Shown in pieces: positions 8,527-18,390 of a stretch of 59,189 nucleotides of DNA. The translations under genes were made by a program, and so were the position numbers. Position 1 is the stretch's first letter, and every line of letters starts with the position of its first letter. The stretch covers positions 1-59,189 of the forward strand of contig JAPLSM010000045.1 in assembly GCA_026398635.1 (NCBI GenBank). The letters are read 5' to 3'. Source of the stretch: Spirochaetota bacterium. GTDB lineage: Bacteria > Spirochaetota > Spirochaetia > SZUA-6 > Fen-1364. The notes below the pieces were generated by a model. That model saw only the letters and a program-made list of their open reading frames with translations, was not told where the DNA came from and ran no database searches.

Positions 8527-9786
8527 GTTCCTTGCCTGCGGTAATGACCGAGTACCTTGGCGATGGCTGCTCCCATGGTGCGTGCCATGGGCGGGGTGAT
8601 CTTCTCATTCCACTGCATGAATATTCCCGTGCTGCAGCAACGTTGCATTCCGGGACACGACACCGTCCGATAATCCATCTTGCCGTGGTAGTACGGGCAC
8701 TCGAGGGGGCAGCGCGTCTCATTGTACATCTTGACGTTGGCCAGGAAATCGTACTCGTAGAGCGGCTTGGGAAGGTAGCTCGGCAGGACACCCACTCCTT
8801 CGGCTCGTATCGCCTCGACCAGGCGATCCCTGCCGACCGTGAACTTCCCGGGATCCACGGTGAACTGGTAGGCGAAATAGGTGTACCGCGCCCACGGAAC
8901 CTCGGGCGGCAGCGTGACGCCGGCCGATTCACCGATGGCGGATGAGAGTGCCATTGCGGACCGGCGCCTCGCCTCGACCATCGGGTCGAGCTTTCGCAGC
9001 TGCGCCAGGGCCACGGCAGCCTGGAGGTCTGAAAGATGGTAGTTGGGTGCCAGGAAGAGGTGCTCCCGGTACTGTTCCCGCGGCCAGCCCTTGTCGGCAC
9101 ACAGCTGCAGTTTCCGCCCGCGCAGCGAATCCGCGCGCGCGATCACCATGCCGCCCTCCCCAGCGGTCACGTGCTTCGTCTGCTGGAAGCTGAAGCATCC
9201 CACGTCGCCTATCGATCCGCACTTTCTTCCCTTGTAAAGCGTCGCGTGCGCCTGCGCGCAATCCTCCACCACTATCAGGTTGTGCTTCCCCGCGATCGCC
9301 ATGATTCGGTCCATGTCGGCGGGAAACCCGAACATGTGCACGGGGATGACCGCATTGCTGCGCGGCGTGATTTTGCCTTCCAGATCGTCCGGATCGAGGT
9401 TCATGGTGTCCGGCTGAACGTCGACGAACACCGGAATCGCGTTCTGGAGAAGCACGGCGATGACGGTTCCCATGTCCGTTGCGGCAGGAATCAAGGACCT
9501 CGTCACCGGGGCCCATGCAGAGAAAGATCATCGCGGCGTGCAGTGCTGAAGTGCCGCTGTTCGTGGCGACGGCGACCGGCACGCCGAACGCTGCCGCCCA
9601 TTCCTTCTAGAGCTGCTTGACCTTCTCGCCGTTCACCATGCCGAGGTGCCCGGAGTCCAGGACCTCGAGCACGAGCTTGCGTTCCTCCCTCCCCATGCTG
9701 CGGCCGGTGCGGTCATCCCATTGGGGTATCCGGAATCGCACGGCGGGAGAGCCTCCCTCGAGGGCGAGCCGATCGTGTTCAGGCAT
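8523..9786 (-). pseudogene. DegT/DnrJ/EryC1/StrS PLP aminotransferase disrupted by an in-frame TAG (9607-9609) and a +1 frameshift (~9493)
   Basis: three consecutive pieces: MPEHDRLALEGG...KVKQL*; KEWAAAFG...NSGTSALH...GPGDEV; then a frame change to IPAATDMGT...EDCAQAH...FSFQQTKH..GEGG. Confidence 0.85.
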
Positions 9787-9848
9787 GCCGCATGGTGCGG
9801 TCGACGCGAGGGCGCTGTCAAGTTTTGATGATGCGCGAGGTGCCTGTC

Positions 9849-9878
9849 TTGACCAACGCCGCACGCCCTCCCCACACT
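9849..9878 (+). promoter_or_regulatory. sigma70-like promoter for the GH38 gene (leaderless-type)
   Basis: TTGACC-N18-CACACT, ATG 7 nt after the -10 box, no SD. Confidence 0.5.
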
Positions 9879-9885
9879 CCGGACC

Positions 9886-12744
9886 ATGAATGAGATGATC
9901 GCACAGCTCAGCAGGTTGAAAACCCGTGCGAAGGGCTACTGGGCGGAACGCATCAACGCGGAACTGGAATACGCCACGAGGCTCTCCAGGATGGAAGGTC
10001 GCCGGCACGACACGCTGCTCCGGTCGGTCATTGCCTCCCTCGAGTCCGAGGCCGACGAGGCCGGGGCCGTCACGCGCGAGATCGTCGAGGAAACCGAAGG
10101 GAAGCTCGGCTCCCTGGGGGCCGAGGCGAAGGGGTACACCCTGGTGTGCGCGGCCCACGCGCACATCGACATGAACTGGCTCTGGCGCTACGACGAGACG
10201 GTCTCCCTGACGCTGGACACCTTCCGGACCATGCTCGACCTGATGAACGAGTACCCGTCGTTCACCTTCTCGCAGTCGCAGGCCTCGGTCTACCGCATCG
10301 TCGAGGAGCACGACCCGGAGCTGTTGAAGGAGATCCGCCGGCGCGTGAAGGAGGGCCGCTGGGAGGTGACGGCTTCCACGTGGGTCGAGTCGGACAAGAA
10401 CATGCCCTGCGGCGAGAGCCTGGCCCGGCACGTGCTGTACACCAAGCGGTATCTCGCGCGCCTTTTCGACCTCGCGCCCGAGCGGCTCGCGATCGACTTC
10501 GAGCCCGACACCTTCGGCCACAGCCGCAATGTGCCCGAGATCCTGACCCAAGGCGGCGTGCGGCACTACTACCACTGTCGGGGATACGACGAGCACAATC
10601 TGTACCGGTGGCAGGCGCCCTCGGGCTCCGAGGTGCTCGCCTACCGGGACCCGTTCTGGTACAACGCGGAAATCTCCCCCGACATGGCCGCTCCCGTGCC
10701 CGAGTTCTGCCATCGTCACGGGATGGACACCATGCTGCGTTCCTACGGCGTGGGCGACCACGGCGGCGGGCCCACGCGCCGGGACATCGAGCGCATCATC
10801 GACATGGACACCTGGCCCGTGTTCCCCCGTGTGCGATTCGGGACCTTCGCCGGGTACTTCGCCCTTGCCGAGAAGGTCCGCGAGCGCCTGCCCGTGGTGA
10901 ACAGGGAGCTGAACGTCGTCTTCACCGGCTGCTACACGACCCAGACCCGGATCAAGGCTGCCAACCGAACCGTCGAGGCGCGCCTCGCGGAGGCCGAGGC
11001 TTTCTCGGGCGTCGCGGCCCTCGCGGCCGGGGGGCAGTATCGCGCTGATGTCTTCGGCCGCGCCTGTGAGAAGGTGCTCTTCAACCACTTCCACGACATC
11101 CTGCCCGGCTCGGGCATCGTGGACACCCGGGAGTACGCGCTTGGCCAGTTCCAGCAGGCGATGGCATCAGCCACAACCGAGCAGACCCTCGCGCTGCGCC
11201 GGATCGCCGCGCAGGTCGACACCGCGGATCTCGCCGATCCGCGCGCGGCCGTGGCCGCTGCACCCTGGGACGAATCCCGGGCCAGCACCTCCGAGGGCGC
11301 GGGGGTCGGCTGGGGCATAGACGGTTTCCAGGTGGCTGCGGTCGACCGGGGCAGGGGCCGCACTCGTATCTTCCACGTCTTCAATGCGCTGGCGCACGCC
11401 CGGTCCGGCACCGCCGAGCTCGTCGTGTGGGACTGGGAGGGCGATCCGAAACAGCTGGTGGTGAAGGACGCGTCAGGGACGGTGATCGCGCACCAGATCC
11501 TGCCGGCGGAGCCCTATCTTTTCTTCAAGGCGGGGGAATACTGGGGGCACAAGTACCTCCGCGTGATCGTTCCGGTGCAGGTACCCGGCCTCGGATACAC
11601 CACTTGCACGCTCTCTGAAGCCGTGCCGTCCGAGATGGACCTGCCCGCGCCGAACGATCCCCGGGTCGAGCGGCCCGACACGTTCGTGCTCGAGAACGAG
11701 CGCCTGCGCGCGGAGTTCGACACCGTGACCTGCGCCGTGCGTTCGATCGTCGACAAGTCCTCGGGCGAGGAGCTGCTTGGCCGCTCGGGCGCCGCTTTCC
11801 GCCGCGTCGACGAGGACGACGCGAAGGGCATGACCGCGTGGACGGTCGGCCGGTGGATGAGCGTGCGGAGCCTGCGCGAAGGCGTGCGCGTCGCTCCCTG
11901 CGGCCTGGTGAAGGGACCGGTGCGCCAGTCCCTCTCCTACGAGATTGCCTTCGACTCATCCAGGCTCAAAGCCGTCGTTTCGCTGGACAAGGCGAGCCCG
12001 GTGCTGCGATGGAGCGTGGAATGCGAGTGGCTGGAGGTGGGCAGGAAGGGAGTCTCCGTGCCCCAGCTCAACTTCCACCTTCCCCTGGCCTTCGAGTGCA
12101 AGTCATACCGGTATGATGTGCCGTTCGGCACCGTCGACCGCGTTCCGGTGGCGCAGGACATGCCTGCCTCGAGCTGGGCGGCGGCCGTGTCGAAGAAGGC
12201 CGGCCGCCGGACCGTGATGCTGGTGGCCGGGCAGAAGCACGGCTTCCGGTGCGTGGACGACTCGCTCTCGCTCACCCTCATCAGGAGCTCCTACGATCCC
12301 GATCCCTTCCCCGAGCTGGGCGTGCACCGGTTCGACTTCGGCATCTCGCTCGGCGAGGGAGGCTCGTCGGCCGGGCTCATCAGGACGGCAGCCGAGTACA
12401 ACCACGGGTTCAGCGTCGTCTCCGCTGCCCCGCACCCGGGAACGCTGCCGAAGGCGCACGGCTTCGCGGAGCTCGAGACGGGGTCCGTCGTCCTGGCCGC
12501 GATGAAGATGGCGGAGGACGGCGGCCGGCACCTGGTGCTGAGGCTGCACGAGGCTGACGGGAAGGAAGCGACCGCGGTCCTGCGCTTCTTCAAGGCGCCC
12601 ACTGCCGCGTGGCTCGCCGACCTGAACGAGCACCGGCTCGAAGCCGGGGCGTCCGTGCGCATCGACGGCCTGGCGGTGAGCGTGGCGGTGGCGCCGCATT
12701 CCTTGGTCACCCTGGTCGTGGAGTTCCCGGGAGCAACAGCCTGA
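9886..12744 (+). CDS. glycoside hydrolase family 38 (alpha-mannosidase-like)
   Basis: HAHIDMNWLW Zn motif, WVESDKNMPCGES, PDTFGH nucleophile motif, YGVGDHGGGP, NHFHDILPGS. Confidence 0.95.
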   Translation: MNEMIAQLSRLKTRAKGYWAERINAELEYATRLSRMEGRRHDTLLRSVIASLESEADEAGAVTREIVEETEGKLGSLGAEAKGYTLVCAAHAHIDMNWLWRYDETVSLTLDTFRTMLDLMNEYPSFTFSQSQASVYRIVEEHDPELLKEIRRRVKEGRWEVTASTWVESDKNMPCGESLARHVLYTKRYLARLFDLAPERLAIDFEPDTFGHSRNVPEILTQGGVRHYYHCRGYDEHNLYRWQAPSGSEVLAYRDPFWYNAEISPDMAAPVPEFCHRHGMDTMLRSYGVGDHGGGPTRRDIERIIDMDTWPVFPRVRFGTFAGYFALAEKVRERLPVVNRELNVVFTGCYTTQTRIKAANRTVEARLAEAEAFSGVAALAAGGQYRADVFGRACEKVLFNHFHDILPGSGIVDTREYALGQFQQAMASATTEQTLALRRIAAQVDTADLADPRAAVAAAPWDESRASTSEGAGVGWGIDGFQVAAVDRGRGRTRIFHVFNALAHARSGTAELVVWDWEGDPKQLVVKDASGTVIAHQILPAEPYLFFKAGEYWGHKYLRVIVPVQVPGLGYTTCTLSEAVPSEMDLPAPNDPRVERPDTFVLENERLRAEFDTVTCAVRSIVDKSSGEELLGRSGAAFRRVDEDDAKGMTAWTVGRWMSVRSLREGVRVAPCGLVKGPVRQSLSYEIAFDSSRLKAVVSLDKASPVLRWSVECEWLEVGRKGVSVPQLNFHLPLAFECKSYRYDVPFGTVDRVPVAQDMPASSWAAAVSKKAGRRTVMLVAGQKHGFRCVDDSLSLTLIRSSYDPDPFPELGVHRFDFGISLGEGGSSAGLIRTAAEYNHGFSVVSAAPHPGTLPKAHGFAELETGSVVLAAMKMAEDGGRHLVLRLHEADGKEATAVLRFFKAPTAAWLADLNEHRLEAGASVRIDGLAVSVAVAPHSLVTLVVEFPGATA

Positions 12745-13604
12745 GGCAGATCGAGCTGATCGCGGACTACGCCTGCCTGACGGGGGAGAATCCGCTCTGG
12801 CACCCGATGGAGAAGCGCCTGTACTGGCTCGATATCCCTCGGGGCCGGATGTTCCGCTACGACCCCGCGACCGGGAAGCACGAGCAGTGCCACCAGGGCG
12901 AGCAGGTCGGCGGGTTCACCGTCCAGGCTGACGGCGGCCTGCTCATGTTCGGCACTCACGGCTCGATTCGCGTCTGGCGCGAGGGCATCGTGCGCACGAT
13001 CGTGGAAGAGATCCCCGAGGAGCTTGAGTCGCGGTTCAACGATGTGATCGCCGACCCGTCGGGTCGCGTTTTCTGCGGCACCATGCCGAAGCCCGATGGC
13101 AGCCCGGGTAGCCTGTACCGGCTCGACCGTGACGGGACGCTCACGCGCCTGTTCGGCGGCATCGGGTGCTCCAACGGCATGGGCTTCACGCCCGACCGGA
13201 AGCGCATGTACCACACCGACTCGAAGCCCCGGGAGGTGTACACCTTCGCATACGACGAGCGGACGGGCTCGCTCGCCGATCGGCGGTTGTTTCTCCGCCT
13301 GCCGGAGGGCAGCACCCCCGACGGCATGACCGTGGATGCTGAGGGTTTCGTATGGTGCGCGATCTGGGGGGGCAGCTGCGTCATCCGCTTCAGCCCGGAG
13401 GGGTGGGAGATGGAGCGCATCGAGCTGCCCGCCAGGCTCTGCGCGAGCCTCACCTTTGCCGGCCCGGACCTCTCGGACCTCTACGTCACGTGCGCTGGCG
13501 GAGACGACAGGCAAACGAACGGGCCGGGCGCCGGCGGCCTCTACCGGGTGCGCGGCACCGGGCACCGGGGCGCACCGGAGTTCGTCTCCCGCGTAATGCT
13601 CTAG
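12741..13604 (+). CDS. SMP-30/gluconolactonase/LRE family sugar lactonase (probable CTG start)
   Basis: GENPLW, RFNDVIADPSGR, SNGMGF, PDGMTVDAEG motifs; GGGAG RBS 7 nt before a CTG that overlaps the GH38 stop (CTGA). Confidence 0.9.
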   Translation: MRQIELIADYACLTGENPLWHPMEKRLYWLDIPRGRMFRYDPATGKHEQCHQGEQVGGFTVQADGGLLMFGTHGSIRVWREGIVRTIVEEIPEELESRFNDVIADPSGRVFCGTMPKPDGSPGSLYRLDRDGTLTRLFGGIGCSNGMGFTPDRKRMYHTDSKPREVYTFAYDERTGSLADRRLFLRLPEGSTPDGMTVDAEGFVWCAIWGGSCVIRFSPEGWEMERIELPARLCASLTFAGPDLSDLYVTCAGGDDRQTNGPGAGGLYRVRGTGHRGAPEFVSRVML

Positions 13605-13626
13605 CCCGGCTCCGTCCGCAGCTCTT

Positions 13627-14658
13627 TCAGAAACACCACTCCTCGAAGCATGCGCAGATCTCCTCGATGTTCTGCATCGGCACCTCGCCCCAGATGCTCG
13701 CGGCCAGGCCGAACCCGCCGCGCGGGTCGTGCATCACGTCGATCACCCGCCGGATCTGGTCGCGGATCTCCCCTGGGCTCATGAAGGAGAAGCCCTGCCG
13801 GTCGAGATCGACATTGGCGAAGAGTTTCCCCTTGTAGGCCTTCGCGATCCCCTCGAGGGTCGTGGCGCGCAGCTGCGGGTCGTGCGCCTGCATCCCGCAT
13901 TCGACGAGGTCGTCGACGATGCCCGCGATGTTGCCGTCCGACGAGAGGTACACGAGGCTGCCCGCGTCGCGCACGGCCTGGAACAGGGCGCGGAACATCG
14001 GCTTCACGTGCCTGCGGAACGCGGCGGGGCTGATCATCGTCGACTGCTGGGTGCCGATGTCGGTGTGGAAGCTGATCATGTCCACGCCGATCTTCCGCCA
14101 TTCCGCGACAACCGAGAGCTCGTGTTCCGTGAGCGCCGCGATGAGCCGGTCCAGCTCGGGCGGCTCCTCGGCGAAGTCCATCATGAGATTGTCGAAGCCC
14201 CGGAGGAAGTAGAGCCGGTCGAACAGGCGCCCGGCGTCGCCGTGCGTGAGGAGGCCCTTCGCCGTGCGGGCCTCCATGTCGCGGCGGATGACGAGCCAGT
14301 CCCGGGTGCCCCGCTCGGTCTGCGTCAGGGGATCGGGCGGATGCCAGGTCTTCAGCGCCTGCCAATCCGCAAGGGGATGCTCGACCACCTGTCCCTCGAG
14401 CCCTTCCTGGAGGTTGTACCAGACGCAGCCCCAGTTGTCCCGGTAGCGTTCCCCCTGGCGGTAGGCGGGCGGCATCTCGTCGCAAAAGTCGAACGTTGCC
14501 GGATCGTACTCGGGGAAGATCCGGGGGTGGTCGCGCATCAGCCGGTCCAGCTCCGCCTTGTGCCGGTGCAGGGTGATCGGCGCGAAGCCGATCTCGCACG
14601 GAATGCGCTCGGGGCTCCTGAAGGTTACGGCCCGGATCCAGTTCTCACGGTCGGTCAT
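13627..14658 (-). CDS. uroporphyrinogen decarboxylase (URO-D)/MtaA-CmuA superfamily protein
   Basis: MTDREN start, D.WG..W, HPLADW, LRGFDNLMMD, DIGTQQSTMISP..FR...KP, SDGNI. Confidence 0.85.
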   Translation of the reverse strand: MTDRENWIRAVTFRSPERIPCEIGFAPITLHRHKAELDRLMRDHPRIFPEYDPATFDFCDEMPPAYRQGERYRDNWGCVWYNLQEGLEGQVVEHPLADWQALKTWHPPDPLTQTERGTRDWLVIRRDMEARTAKGLLTHGDAGRLFDRLYFLRGFDNLMMDFAEEPPELDRLIAALTEHELSVVAEWRKIGVDMISFHTDIGTQQSTMISPAAFRRHVKPMFRALFQAVRDAGSLVYLSSDGNIAGIVDDLVECGMQAHDPQLRATTLEGIAKAYKGKLFANVDLDRQGFSFMSPGEIRDQIRRVIDVMHDPRGGFGLAASIWGEVPMQNIEEICACFEEWCF

Positions 14659-14669
14659 GGTGGGAGGAG

Positions 14670-15053
14670 CTAGAGCGTTCCCGGATATTCGGCGAGCTTG
14701 TCCATCACGAGGTCGGCGATGTCCGGGTCGAGGCGCTTCGATGCCTCCCGGAAGCGCTCGCTCACGCTCGCGCTGTCGAAGGCACCGTCGGCCACGAGGA
14801 TCGGTGTCGACTTCATGCCGCCCCATCCGTCTTCGCCCGTGTCGACCTTCTCGTGCGAGAACCCGCGGGCGCGCCTCCAGGTGAGCGCGCGCTCACCGCC
14901 CCCCTTGCCGTAGCAGAGCTGGAAACCGCTGATGGCCGTGCGACGGGGCTTGGGACCGTCGTACCAGACGATCAGGTCGAAGTACTCGTCCGAAAACCAG
15001 CGGCGGTGACCTTCTCCGCGAATCTGCCGCACGTTCCTGTATTCGACCAGCAC
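14670..15053 (-). CDS. conserved hypothetical protein
   Basis: GGAGGAGG RBS before GTG; RRWFSDEYFDLIVW...GFQLCY pattern; coding-like codon bias. Confidence 0.7.
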   Translation of the reverse strand: MLVEYRNVRQIRGEGHRRWFSDEYFDLIVWYDGPKPRRTAISGFQLCYGKGGGERALTWRRARGFSHEKVDTGEDGWGGMKSTPILVADGAFDSASVSERFREASKRLDPDIADLVMDKLAEYPGTL

Positions 15054-15171
15054 CCGCGGCCTCCTCCCCCCCATGGTAGCACCACGATCTTGTGAAAGAA
15101 AGCGTCGGCCCGGCTCGTCATTCCGATGGTTCCCGGATCGAAGGCCGCGTCCAGCCGGCGGCTGGCGGGGG

Positions 15172-17034
15172 TCAGCGGAGCGCCCGAGTCGCGTTGAGGA
15201 TCGCGGCCAGCGCCACCCCCATGTCTGCGATCACGGCCTCCCACATCGTGGCCACCCCGAGGGCTGCGAGGAGAAGGAACGCGGCTTTCACGCCCAGGGC
15301 CAGGGCGATGTTCTGGACCACGATGGACCGGGTGCGCCGGCCGCGCCGAACGGCCTCGGCCACCAGCGAGGGGTGATCCATCATAAGCACCACGTCCGCG
15401 GTCTCGACCGCCGCGTCCGCGCCGTAACGCCCCATGGCAATGCCCACGTCGGCCCGCGCGAGGACCGGCGCGTCGTTGATGCCGTCGCCGACGAACGCAG
15501 TCGGGCCGCGGCCGTTTCCGGCCATGATCCGTTCGAGATGCGCGAGCTTGTCCTCCGGCAGGAGGTCGCCGTGGACCTCGTCCACGGCGAGGGAGCGGCC
15601 GAGCGCCGCGGCCACGTCCGCCCCGTCGCCGGTCAGGATCGCGATCCTGCGCACACCGAGGGAGCGAAGCTCCGCCACCCCCCGTGCCGCGTCGTCCTTC
15701 GGCTCGTCGGCGATGACGAGGTAGCCGGCGTAGCGACCGTCCACGGCTACGTGCACCACCGTCCCCTCCACGGAGCAGGTGTCGTGCGCGATGCCTTCGT
15801 CGTGCATCAACAGGTCGTTGCCGGCCAGCACCTGACGCCCGGCCACCACGGCGGCCACGCCCCGGCCGCCGATTTCCCGGTGGTCCGCCGACTCGGAGCT
15901 GCCGGGCGGCTCCCCGGTTGCTGCGGCCTGCTGCGCCTCGCGGATGGACTGCGCGATCGGATGGTTCGAGTGCGCCTCCGCGGCCGCCGCCAGTCCGAGC
16001 AGCTCGCCGCACGTGAAGTCGTCGGCGGCCACGCACCGCGTCACCCGGAAGACCCCCTTCGTGAGCGTGCCGGTCTTGTCGAAGACCACGGTTCCGAGGC
16101 CGGCCAGCGTGTCCAGGGACGCGGCGTCCTTCACGAGGATGCCCCGGCGTGCGGCGCCGCCGATCCCGCCGAAGTAGCCGAGAGGCACGCTCACCATCAG
16201 CGCGCACGGGCAGGAGATGACGAGCATGATCAGGGCCCGGTAGACCCAGTCCCCGAGCCGGGCGCCGGGCGTGATGAGCGGGGGCACGAACGCGATGAGG
16301 GCCGCGACGGCAACCACCGCGGGCGTGTAGAACCGGGCCAGGCGCGTGATCAGGCGTTCGGTGGGCGCCTTCGCCCGTGAAGCGCCCTCCACCATCGCGA
16401 TGATGCGGGCAGCCGACGACTGGTCGGCCGGCCGTTCCGCCCGGACGGTGAGCACGCCGTCGAGCGGCACCGTGCCGGCGAGCGCCGGGCTGCCCGGCGA
16501 CACCCGCCGGGGCACCGGCTCGCCAGTGAGGGCAGCCGTGTTCACGAGCGCGGCCCCATCCACGACGGTGCCGTCGAGCGGGATGCGCTCCCCGGGCTTC
16601 ACGAGGATCTCGGCGCCGACGGGCACCTCCTCGGGTCGCACGGTCCGCCAGCCATCGGGTGACCGTATCCGGGCACTGTCGGGCCGCAGCTCGAGCAGCG
16701 CCCAGATGGATCTCCGTGACCGGCCGATGGCTGCCGACTGGGCCAGCTCGCCGAGTTTGAAGAAGAGCATGACACCCACCGCCTCCTCGAGCGCGTGCAC
16801 GGCGAAGGCGCCGAGGGTGGCGATGGTCATGAGGAGGCTCTCGTCGAACGGCCGGCCGCGGAGGATGTTGCGGCCTGCGGCGGCGACCACGTTCCAGCCG
16901 GCCGCAAGCCAGGCAGCGCCGAAGATCACATATTCCAGCCACGGGAAGGGCGAGGAGTGCAGGCGCGGCTCCAGGAGCACCCCGGACGCGCCGAGGGCCA
17001 GCGACAGGCCGGCGAGCAGGGCGTCACGGAGCAC
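15172..17034 (-). CDS. cadA: P1B-2 heavy-metal (Zn/Cd/Pb) translocating P-type ATPase lacking an N-terminal metal-binding domain
   Basis: LTGEP, ISCPCAL, FDKTGTLT, HPIA, GDGINDAP, TM7 Lys and TM8 ADMG; AAGGAGG RBS before GTG 17034. Confidence 0.92.
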   Translation of the reverse strand: MLRDALLAGLSLALGASGVLLEPRLHSSPFPWLEYVIFGAAWLAAGWNVVAAAGRNILRGRPFDESLLMTIATLGAFAVHALEEAVGVMLFFKLGELAQSAAIGRSRRSIWALLELRPDSARIRSPDGWRTVRPEEVPVGAEILVKPGERIPLDGTVVDGAALVNTAALTGEPVPRRVSPGSPALAGTVPLDGVLTVRAERPADQSSAARIIAMVEGASRAKAPTERLITRLARFYTPAVVAVAALIAFVPPLITPGARLGDWVYRALIMLVISCPCALMVSVPLGYFGGIGGAARRGILVKDAASLDTLAGLGTVVFDKTGTLTKGVFRVTRCVAADDFTCGELLGLAAAAEAHSNHPIAQSIREAQQAAATGEPPGSSESADHREIGGRGVAAVVAGRQVLAGNDLLMHDEGIAHDTCSVEGTVVHVAVDGRYAGYLVIADEPKDDAARGVAELRSLGVRRIAILTGDGADVAAALGRSLAVDEVHGDLLPEDKLAHLERIMAGNGRGPTAFVGDGINDAPVLARADVGIAMGRYGADAAVETADVVLMMDHPSLVAEAVRRGRRTRSIVVQNIALALGVKAAFLLLAALGVATMWEAVIADMGVALAAILNATRALR

Positions 17035-17464
17035 GCCGGGCCCCCTCCTTAGGGCGGCGCTCCCGCGACCCGCTGCGCGGCTCGCTGCCGCGCCAGTGGG
17101 CCGCCGCATCGCCCCTAGGGCGGGCCACCGCACCGCCTTCGGCGAGGTGCACCCGCGCCGCATCGACGAGCTGCCGGACGTGCCGGTCGCAGAGCCCGTA
17201 GTACACCGACCGACCGGCCCGGCGCGCCTTCACCATACGTGCGCGGCGCAGCAGCGCGAGCTGGTGACTCGTCGCCGACTCGCTCATGCCCAGCGCTTCG
17301 CTCAGGTCCCGGACGCACAGCTCGCCGGGCGCAAGCGCGTGGAGGATGCCGAGCCGGGTCGGGTCGCCGATGAGCTTGAAGAAGTCGCCGAGCGCCGCGA
17401 GCGGTTCCGGCGCTGGCACCGACTCCCGGGCCTTCCTCACGGCGTCCGCAGGACGGGAGCTCAT
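17024..17464 (-). CDS. ArsR/SmtB metalloregulator
   Basis: GDPTRL.IL..L...ELCVRDL...SESATSHQL; alpha5 site DRH-x10-H-x2-E. Confidence 0.92.
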   Translation of the reverse strand: MSSRPADAVRKARESVPAPEPLAALGDFFKLIGDPTRLGILHALAPGELCVRDLSEALGMSESATSHQLALLRRARMVKARRAGRSVYYGLCDRHVRQLVDAARVHLAEGGAVARPRGDAAAHWRGSEPRSGSRERRPKEGARRAP

Positions 17465-17507
17465 GAGGGCGTACCACGGCCCCGAGGATTCACGCGCGGA
17501 ATCTCTT

Positions 17508-17569
17508 CATTCATGAACAGTTGAGCAATCATTCAAATGAAAGATAACGGCCGACGCGGGCGGGGTCAA
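17508..17569 (-). promoter_or_regulatory. promoter and SmtB/CadC-type operator of the arsR-ATPase operon
   Basis: TTGACC(17569-17564)-N17-TATCTT(17546-17541), followed directly by the AT-rich imperfect repeat TTTGAATGATTGCTCAACTGTTCATGAATG resembling TGAA-N6-TTCA boxes. Confidence 0.65.
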
Positions 17570-17677
17570 GGCGCAGGCGGGGGGGCAGGACATGCACGGG
17601 CAAAGCAGCGCGCGTTCACGGTCCGTTCACACAGCTGGAGTAGGTTCCTTAGCAGCATCGGGTACGAGGAGGTACAC

Positions 17678-18367
17678 ATGCATCGTTCCTTGAAGGCGGC
17701 CGCGGTGATTGCGGCCATGAGTCTCCTGGCAGCGGCTTCCATCGGAGCAGCGCCCCGCGGGGCGGGCCAGGGCATGATGGGCGGCAGGGAGTTCGACGAC
17801 GGCTTCGGCCCCGGCATGATGCGCGGAGGCTGGAACACCGTCCCCGGGTGGGAGGATCTGAAGAAGCTCGACAAGGCGCTCACGGTCGAGACCGCGAAGG
17901 AGCGCGTCGTGTCCGCGCTGAAGGACTGGGGGTACGCCGACCTCGTGGTCGACACGGTTACAGAGTACGACAACGGGTTCTACGCCCTCGTGAAGGAGAA
18001 GGTGTCGGGCAAGCCCGCGCTGGAGACCTTTGTCGACCCGACGTACGGCACCGTTTCCGCCGGGCAGGGTCCCGAAACGAGCTGGAACACGAAGTACGGC
18101 CGGGCTCTGAACTGGCCGCTGCCGTCGGGGAAGACCATCACGGCCGACGAGGCGAAGAAGCTCGTCCAGCAGTGGCTCGACCGCAGCCGCGACAAAACGG
18201 CGTACGAGCTGAAGGTCGTGGAGCTGCCGGGGTACTTCTCGGTGCAGCTGCAGAACGGCGGCAAGCTCGCGGGCGTTGCGGCGGTCAATGCCTACACGAG
18301 CCAGGTGTGGTATCGTGGGGGGCGCGGCGGCAGGCTCGCCGTCTCCGACGGATCCGACGCCGGCTGA
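17678..18367 (+). CDS. secreted protein with a Gly/Met-rich N-terminus and two PepSY-like repeats
   Basis: GAGGAGG RBS; signal peptide; GMMGG/GPGMMRGG; WNTKYG; two T.E.AK...W repeats ending VDPTYG/VNAYTSQVWY. Confidence 0.65.
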   Translation: MHRSLKAAAVIAAMSLLAAASIGAAPRGAGQGMMGGREFDDGFGPGMMRGGWNTVPGWEDLKKLDKALTVETAKERVVSALKDWGYADLVVDTVTEYDNGFYALVKEKVSGKPALETFVDPTYGTVSAGQGPETSWNTKYGRALNWPLPSGKTITADEAKKLVQQWLDRSRDKTAYELKVVELPGYFSVQLQNGGKLAGVAAVNAYTSQVWYRGGRGGRLAVSDGSDAG

Positions 18368-18390
18368 CGGTGCTCTGAAGGAGGCAGCAC

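Noticed and set aside
9607-9609. Pyrrolysine or amber readthrough in the DegT gene
   Set aside because: The position corresponds to an ordinary Glu, a frameshift follows about 115 bp later, and no pyl genes are in the window
17461-17514. 17-codon uORF (MNEEIPRVNPRGRGTPS) overlapping the ArsR start
   Set aside because: Its ATG lies within the operator, with no RBS and no metal-binding residues; insufficient support
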